In this document: positions 58,258 through 64,000 of the stretch, piece after piece
How positions within the stretch are numbered: position 1 is the first letter of the stretch
How the letters are laid out: the number at the start of each line of letters is the position of its first letter
DNA from: Penicillus capitatus
Lineage: Eukaryota > Plantae > Chlorophyta
Assembly: GCA_965649825.1 (NCBI GenBank)
Contig: OZ287701.1
Span: 237,101-301,100 of the forward strand
DNA length: 64,000 nucleotides
Direction: 5' to 3'
Position numbers and translations under genes: made by a program
The notes under the pieces: model-generated
Database searches by the model: none
The model's input: the letters and a program-made list of their open reading frames with translations, nothing else
What the model was told of the DNA's origin: nothing

Positions 58258-59239
58258 GCGAAGAGCGTCTAATAATAAAGTGATGCGTTTTCTGTGCCGA
58301 CTTCGATTCGACAGAGATACGCACTTCATTCACTCGTGTTTCATTCGTTTTCTTGCGTTGATCGATCGTTGATTCTGTTGTCTCGAGATCTGATCTAATA
58401 GACACTGGCGATGTTAGCCGTACTGGCATCCATGACTGCGACGCTTCAGCTCATGCGTGAATTTGGACGTAGTCTTGTCATAGTTCCGAGGAAGAAGAAT
58501 AATGCTGCAGACTGATTTACGTAGACCTCGTTGTAAGGATGCATTCATTGCGTTCATCTGGTTGTGTCTCAAGAGAGATCACATACGCACGGTTTATGGT
58601 GTTCTGGACACTGGTCGCTAAAGACTCATAAAGCTGTGGATGAAAGTGTTGATGTCAGTGTTTGTGCTACATCGCCGCCGAAAAAAAGACGAACACGTTC
58701 GAATCGAATCTGCGTAGACACGATTGAAAACCACGAGTGAATGCATGGATGTTGGCCTGTGGGATTTGGCACGACCTCGTGCGTCAGGATTAGATAAAGG
58801 CATCTCAGCTAGGAGCATCGAGGTAGCAGTACTCTTGGATGTGTGACATGGAATTGTTGAAAAGACTTCACTTCGCTAAAGATTTCCCCCTGCCTGTGTC
58901 CCTCCCTATTCAAATATCGACCCAGGTCGCAAAGGCGAACGCCTTGGCAGAAAGTGAAAGGGAATGATCGATGGTGTCACTTGCGGATATCGCTAAAGAC
59001 CAAATTGGCTTTGCCGATTTGGACTCAGGACGCCGTTCCAAATCTTCGATGGCACGCGTACGACGCAGCGGTGCATCATACGCGATCATCTCCTGCTCAT
59101 CATGTACCTCTCACTCATCCATCTCTATGACGGTGCGAACTCTGTGAGATGTCGGCAGTGCGTCCGAAGGTATTTAGTGCGACTGGATATCGCCGTTTTG
59201 TTTATCTTCACTCACAACAGACCCATACTCAGCAAAACG

Positions 59240-61511
59240 ATGCAGTACACCATTCAGACGCTTATCTGTTTGACCGCCGCCTTTTTCTCGCTCCCTTCGA
59301 ATGGACAGCGAGAGGAGTTGCCGTTTGGATTTGTCCGGTTTGTCGAGTCTCGTGAGGCGTCAATAAAACGTGTGGCCGCTCATGCCACGGAACTCCACAG
59401 CCGGCGCGTTCAGCTCGTGCGAGACTGCACCTGTTCAAAGCATACATGCTCGAATGACTTCGCTTCCGACCCGTGCGTGCATTTCTTGGGCACACCAGAT
59501 TTCTGTGAGGTGCCAGGACGTCGACTCGACTACAACACCTCCATTATCCGAACACCTCCCGACACCGACCCGCGTCGTTTGAGTGCGGAACTCAAGGAGA
59601 GTATCTGCGTGTACAAAGGCATGCAGGACGTGGCAGAGGACTATCGAGCAGAGGAGTATGCTTGGATGTATCTAGGCAAGAATACCGGCCGCCATGAGCG
59701 CCGCCGTTCAGCGGTTGTGTTTAGGCACTCGAGACGGACATCTCCGTCGCTATCCCGCCACGGCACTCGAACGCGGTGAAGAGACGGGCGATCCGCTTCT
59801 CGGCGGCTGCCGGCGTTACGACCCGAGAGAACGCCCTTGGTATGTCTCGGCGAGCACGGGGCCCAAAGATATCGTCTTAGTCGTCGACACGTCTGAGTCG
59901 ATGAATACGTTGGGTGCGAACGGACAGACGAGATGGGATGTGACCAAGCACGCGGTTCTGGACATCCTCTCCACCATGACCCACACCGACTACGTTAACA
60001 TCATACCCTTCTCGGACACCGCTGAGCCGCTTTGGCGAGAAAAGGAGTTGGCACAGGGCACAAGGCGAAATATCAATGTGCTGAGATCGCGTGTGGAGGA
60101 GACGTTTCCGAGAGGCGGGACCAATTTCGAAAACGCCATTCGCGCGGCGTTTCGTTTGCTGACGGATGGATGCACAGACCAGAGCCAGTGCTCCAATTGC
60201 CGTAAGGTGATCCTCTTCTTGACCGATGGGAAGGACACGTCTGGCGTGGACGCCGAGAGCATCAAGCCTTCGCAGATGATCTCCGTCATCGCAGAATTGC
60301 AGGACGTACTGGAAAGGGCATCTGGCGCCAGAGCCTCGATCTTCACCTACTCGATGACGCAAGACGCAGACGACGCCATTCCGCGACAGATCGCCTGCGC
60401 CAACGACGGCGCGTGGTCCTTCGTCGGAACCGAATCCAATACGTTTGACGTATTGAGCTCGTACTATCTGTACTTTGCTGCTGGACGGCCGCAGGAGCCA
60501 GTCTGGGTGGAGCCCTATGAAGATGCTGGTGGATTGGGACAGGTGACGACGGTGGCCGTGCCATTTCATTCGAAAGGGACGCCGAATGTACGTGAGGTCT
60601 TTCTCGGTGTGGCCGGCCTTACGGTCCGATTGGAGGAGCTCGAAATCGACGGTGTGACGTCTGAGGTGGCGTTGGATGCGCTCGTCTCGCGTTCCGCCAA
60701 CTGCACCGGCGGCAGAGCGACGCCTTGTGAAATGCAAGTCTACCGAACCACAAGCGACACACGCGCCCAATGTCCAGACATATTACCAGACGGGGATCAG
60801 GAATCGTGTTTTGCACTAAACGGCAGTTTTTATAAGAGATTCGAAACCAAGGGGTCGTGGACGGATGCGAGACAGATCTGCCGAGGCGATGACGGAGAGA
60901 TCTTGAGCATTAGAGATGCTTATGAGCTGGCGGTCGTTTCCAGTTTGGCTTCTCGGGATGGTTCGTGGATCGGAGGGCGAAAGAATTCGGAGTCGAGATT
61001 CACATGGCGTCATGGCTCAGCTGATACCCTCTCCAAGACGTCGAGCTTCTGGGGCGTTCAGGAACCGGCCAGCGAAGAAGGGAGAGACGAATGTGTGGCG
61101 ATGGACAATCGAGGCGTCATTGCAAACCTCATGGTGAAGGAATGCAGCGAAGAGCTAACCGTCATCTGTCAGTATACCACTCGAAGCGCCTGTTCAGATG
61201 GAAGAGTGAGACAAGTGCCATCGGAAGGGTATTTTGAAGTGCCGCCTGTTGGGCTCTGTCATCCAGAGGAGGTTCTCCAAGAAACGGAACCGGTTGATGA
61301 TGTGAGGCATCTGGGGTCGAATGACGTTCTCTGTGAATTGGGAGAGACGAAACCGCATGAGCAGCTGATGTGCTGTGCCTCGGATGATGGCGACTCGAAA
61401 TCTGTTTCGAAGAAGGTGTGGTTTTGGGTGGTACTGAGTGTTGCTGTCATTCTCCTGATGGGCATCTCGTTGTACATCGTATGGTATCGACGTTATTATG
61501 ACAAAACCTGA
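59240..61511 (+). CDS. alpha2delta-like VWA/Cache protein with a C-type lectin domain and C-terminal TM anchor (VWA-CTL 1), 2 exons
   Basis: Signal peptide; YDPRERPWY plus GPKDIVLVVDTSESM (MIDAS DxSxS), GGTNFENAI, ILFLTDG, WVEPYEDAGGLG; CTL motifs SWTDARQIC, WIG, CVAM and CSEELTVIC; TM segment at the C-terminus. Intron 59676-59724 has a GC donor. Confidence 0.9.
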
Positions 61512-62089
61512 ACTTAAGCATAAAAGCCCTTCAGCCACTGTTGTAAGCTAGGCTATGTTAAAGGGTGTCAACTATCCTTTTATGTAAGGCATATTGATAA
61601 TTCTAAGCAACATACTGTTTTGTTGATTGTGTACTCGATGTGTGACGCGTGAAAGGGTCACAGTAAACGACGACCTCCCTGATTTTCATCCGCATCGAAA
61701 CCAATGCGACTGGCGGTACGGTTCTCAGAAAGGGAATATTTCAAGTCTCAACGTTTTGGTATGCGAACGGTGAGATGTTCGTGTACTCGCTCAGGCAGAA
61801 GAAGACTGTTTGCGTAGGTTACACTTTTGGTAGCTGAATGTGAGTACGACATGCGTCTGTTAGTTTGATGTGCCTGATGGTTTGTAAAGCTCTGGTCATA
61901 CGCCATGCCACGAGTGCCTACGAATAACCGACGGTGATGCTACTTCCTACTAGCGCCGTCAATCACCCTGGACCATCGGTTTTGGTTATCTTCTAACCAA
62001 TCTGTAACTGTACGGATATATAAGGTTAGCGAGTTCCCAAACCGACAGCGGATTTTTCTTTTGTCTCCGAGTCGGAGAGTCGTTCCACG

Positions 62090-64000
62090 ATGTTTGCAAA
62101 ACACAGAACCATCTTTTTGGCGACACTCGTTTTCGGATTCTTGCTCTGGACTCATGCACAGCCGATACCGGAAGCTCTCATGCGGTTCATAGAAGACGAG
62201 GCAGACTATGTTCTTGGGCTGGCAGAGAACGCCACGGCCTTGTTCAACAACAGAACTCGCCTCATTGAGGAATGCGAGTGTTCGAAGTATGCTTGTTCCA
62301 ATGACTTCGATGACGCCGCGTGCGTTGATTACGTCGAGCGGTATCCACTCTGCGACCTCGACGGCCGTCGATTCGATTTTCTCAAATCCGTTTTTCGCTT
62401 CCCGCCTGGAACAAACATGGCCAACCTTACCAACGAACTGAAGCAAAGCCTCTGCGTGTATCGACACATGGAAGATTACGTTATAGAGCACGGAGGCCCG
62501 AGATACCTCACGACATACATCGGTACAAACCGTCGCCCTTTTTGACTAACTGAGTGGATTGCTGAGTCAGGAACCGTTGATGGACACATGCGCCTGTTTC
62601 CCGGCATTCCTCGAGAGCGTTACTTGGTGAATGGAACGGAGGATGAATACGAGTGTCAACCGTACGACCCTCGGTTACGACCATGGTTCATCAGGGCCAG
62701 TACAGGACCGAAAGATATTGTCTTCGTTATCGACAAATCTGCATCTATGAACCGTACTGTGGACCCCTGGGGAACAACGACCAAATGGGATCTCGTTCGC
62801 AATGCTGTGGCTAAGATGTTGAGGACGTTGACATTTACAGATTTTGTCAACATTGTCCTTTTCTCAGATGATGCCACAACTGTATGGAACAGCTCGAGCC
62901 TCGCCAGAGCGACGAACGCCAGTATCTGGAATATGACGGAGACACTGATGCAGGAGACCCCACACGGCAACACACATTTCAAAAATGCTTTTGAGAAAGC
63001 ATTCGATTTGCTATGGAAGGATTGTGATGGAATTGAAGACCCCCCGTGCTCGAACTGTGAGAAGGTCATCCTGTTTCTAACGGATGGAAGAGACACGTCA
63101 GTAGACGGAAAGAGTATCAAGCCTTCCGAAATGGCCGATGTCATCGAAAGGCAACAGAGCATTCTAAAGAGAAAGACTACCAAGAAAGCAACCATCTTTA
63201 CATTCTCTATGTCCGATCAAGCCGACGATGCCATACCGAGACAGATAGCTTGTGCCAATGGCGGAGCTTGGACATACATTGGCTTAGACACGGATCCCCT
63301 TGATGCTCTGAACTCGTATTACCTGTACATGGCAGCAGGGATGGCGAGCAGCAAGCCCATCTGGATCGAACCTTATGAAGATGCGAGTGGTCTGGGTACA
63401 GTGACGACGGTGGCTGTGCCATTTCATGCAAAATACGGAGACAGTAACGTGGACATCTTTCTGGGCGTCGTTGGGCATCAGGTTCTCTTCGATGAACTGC
63501 GCCACGGGGAGTTCACAGAGACGCAAGTCCTCGATGCCCTCATTGAACTTTCGGAGGACTGTGCATTCTTCTCTGAGGAGGAGGCGCCATGTAAGCTTCA
63601 GATCTACAGACACGCCGAGAGTGATCTATCCGTCTGCACCGATCCTTTTCCAACAGTCAGTAAAGAGGAAGACGGGGACGAAAAAGCCGAAGGGGGCGAT
63701 CAAAAGAAAACACAACGGTCTTCTGTCCTTTGCTATGAATACAACAACGATTTCTACAGAAGATCGCTGGTAAAAGTTGATTGGCAGAGAGCCGTCGAAA
63801 GATGTGAAGAGGAAGGCGGGGAGCTGGTGAGCATCAAGGATGAAGAAGAGCTTGCCTTTCTGTCAAGTCTCGCCTCCATCGATGCATCGTGGATCGGTTT
63901 GGAAAAGATATCGAGGGAAGATTTCAGGTGGCTGGACGATCGCTTGTCCAACATCCAAAGAGATTCCGACTTCTGGGGACTTCAGGAGCCGGTATTCACT
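62090..64000 (+). CDS. Tandem paralogue VWA-CTL 2 (truncated by the window end)
   Basis: Signal peptide; YDPRLRPWF, GPKDIVFVIDKSASM, LFLTDG, WIEPYEDASGLG; the CTL begins near 63740. GT-AG intron at the same position as in VWA-CTL 1. Confidence 0.88.

Noticed and set aside
1-64000. Non-standard genetic code (TAA/TAG = Gln) as in some ulvophytes; CRISPR arrays; rRNA or snRNA genes
   Set aside because: Paralogues end at equivalent positions with TAG, TAA or TGA, and long exons lack in-frame TAR. No spacer-repeat arrays or recognisable rRNA/snRNA motifs were seen.

Overview
Eukaryotic nuclear DNA from a compact, intron-rich genome with introns mostly about 45-60 nt. It is most likely a green alga: it carries an RWP-RK transcription factor, a thylakoid-lumen TPM protein and a plant-type ureidoglycolate lyase. 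TAA and TAG are used as stops, so the code is standard. A siphonous ulvophyte (Bryopsidales-like) origin is an inference only. The window has three compartments. (1) About 0-40 kb is an accessory tandem array with five ankyrin-less TRP-like cation channel genes, three intact and one dead small secreted two-PAN/Apple-domain genes, and two Spondin_N genes. It also holds a decayed RNase H-bearing LINE, one complete 788-bp TRIM-type non-autonomous LTR element with identical LTRs, and ten very short solo-LTR-like insertions from five families, nearly all bounded by exact 4- or 5-bp target-site duplications (TSDs). Three TRP copies sit tail-to-tail with a PAN gene, and three repeat with a period of about 5.8 kb. 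(2) About 40-57 kb is very tightly packed conserved genes with no mobile elements seen: DNAJC11, RWP-RK, ITPase, a TLC protein, a DDxxD protein, a coiled-coil protein, a sixth divergent TRP and a BAHD acyltransferase. Some start/stop spacers are only 16-80 nt. (3) About 57-64 kb holds a Tyr/Lys-rich PAN protein and two tandem alpha2delta-like VWA + C-type-lectin genes. All gene models were assembled by eye from ORF fragments, GT-AG sites and paralogue comparison. No database searches were run, and identities quoted are by-eye estimates.
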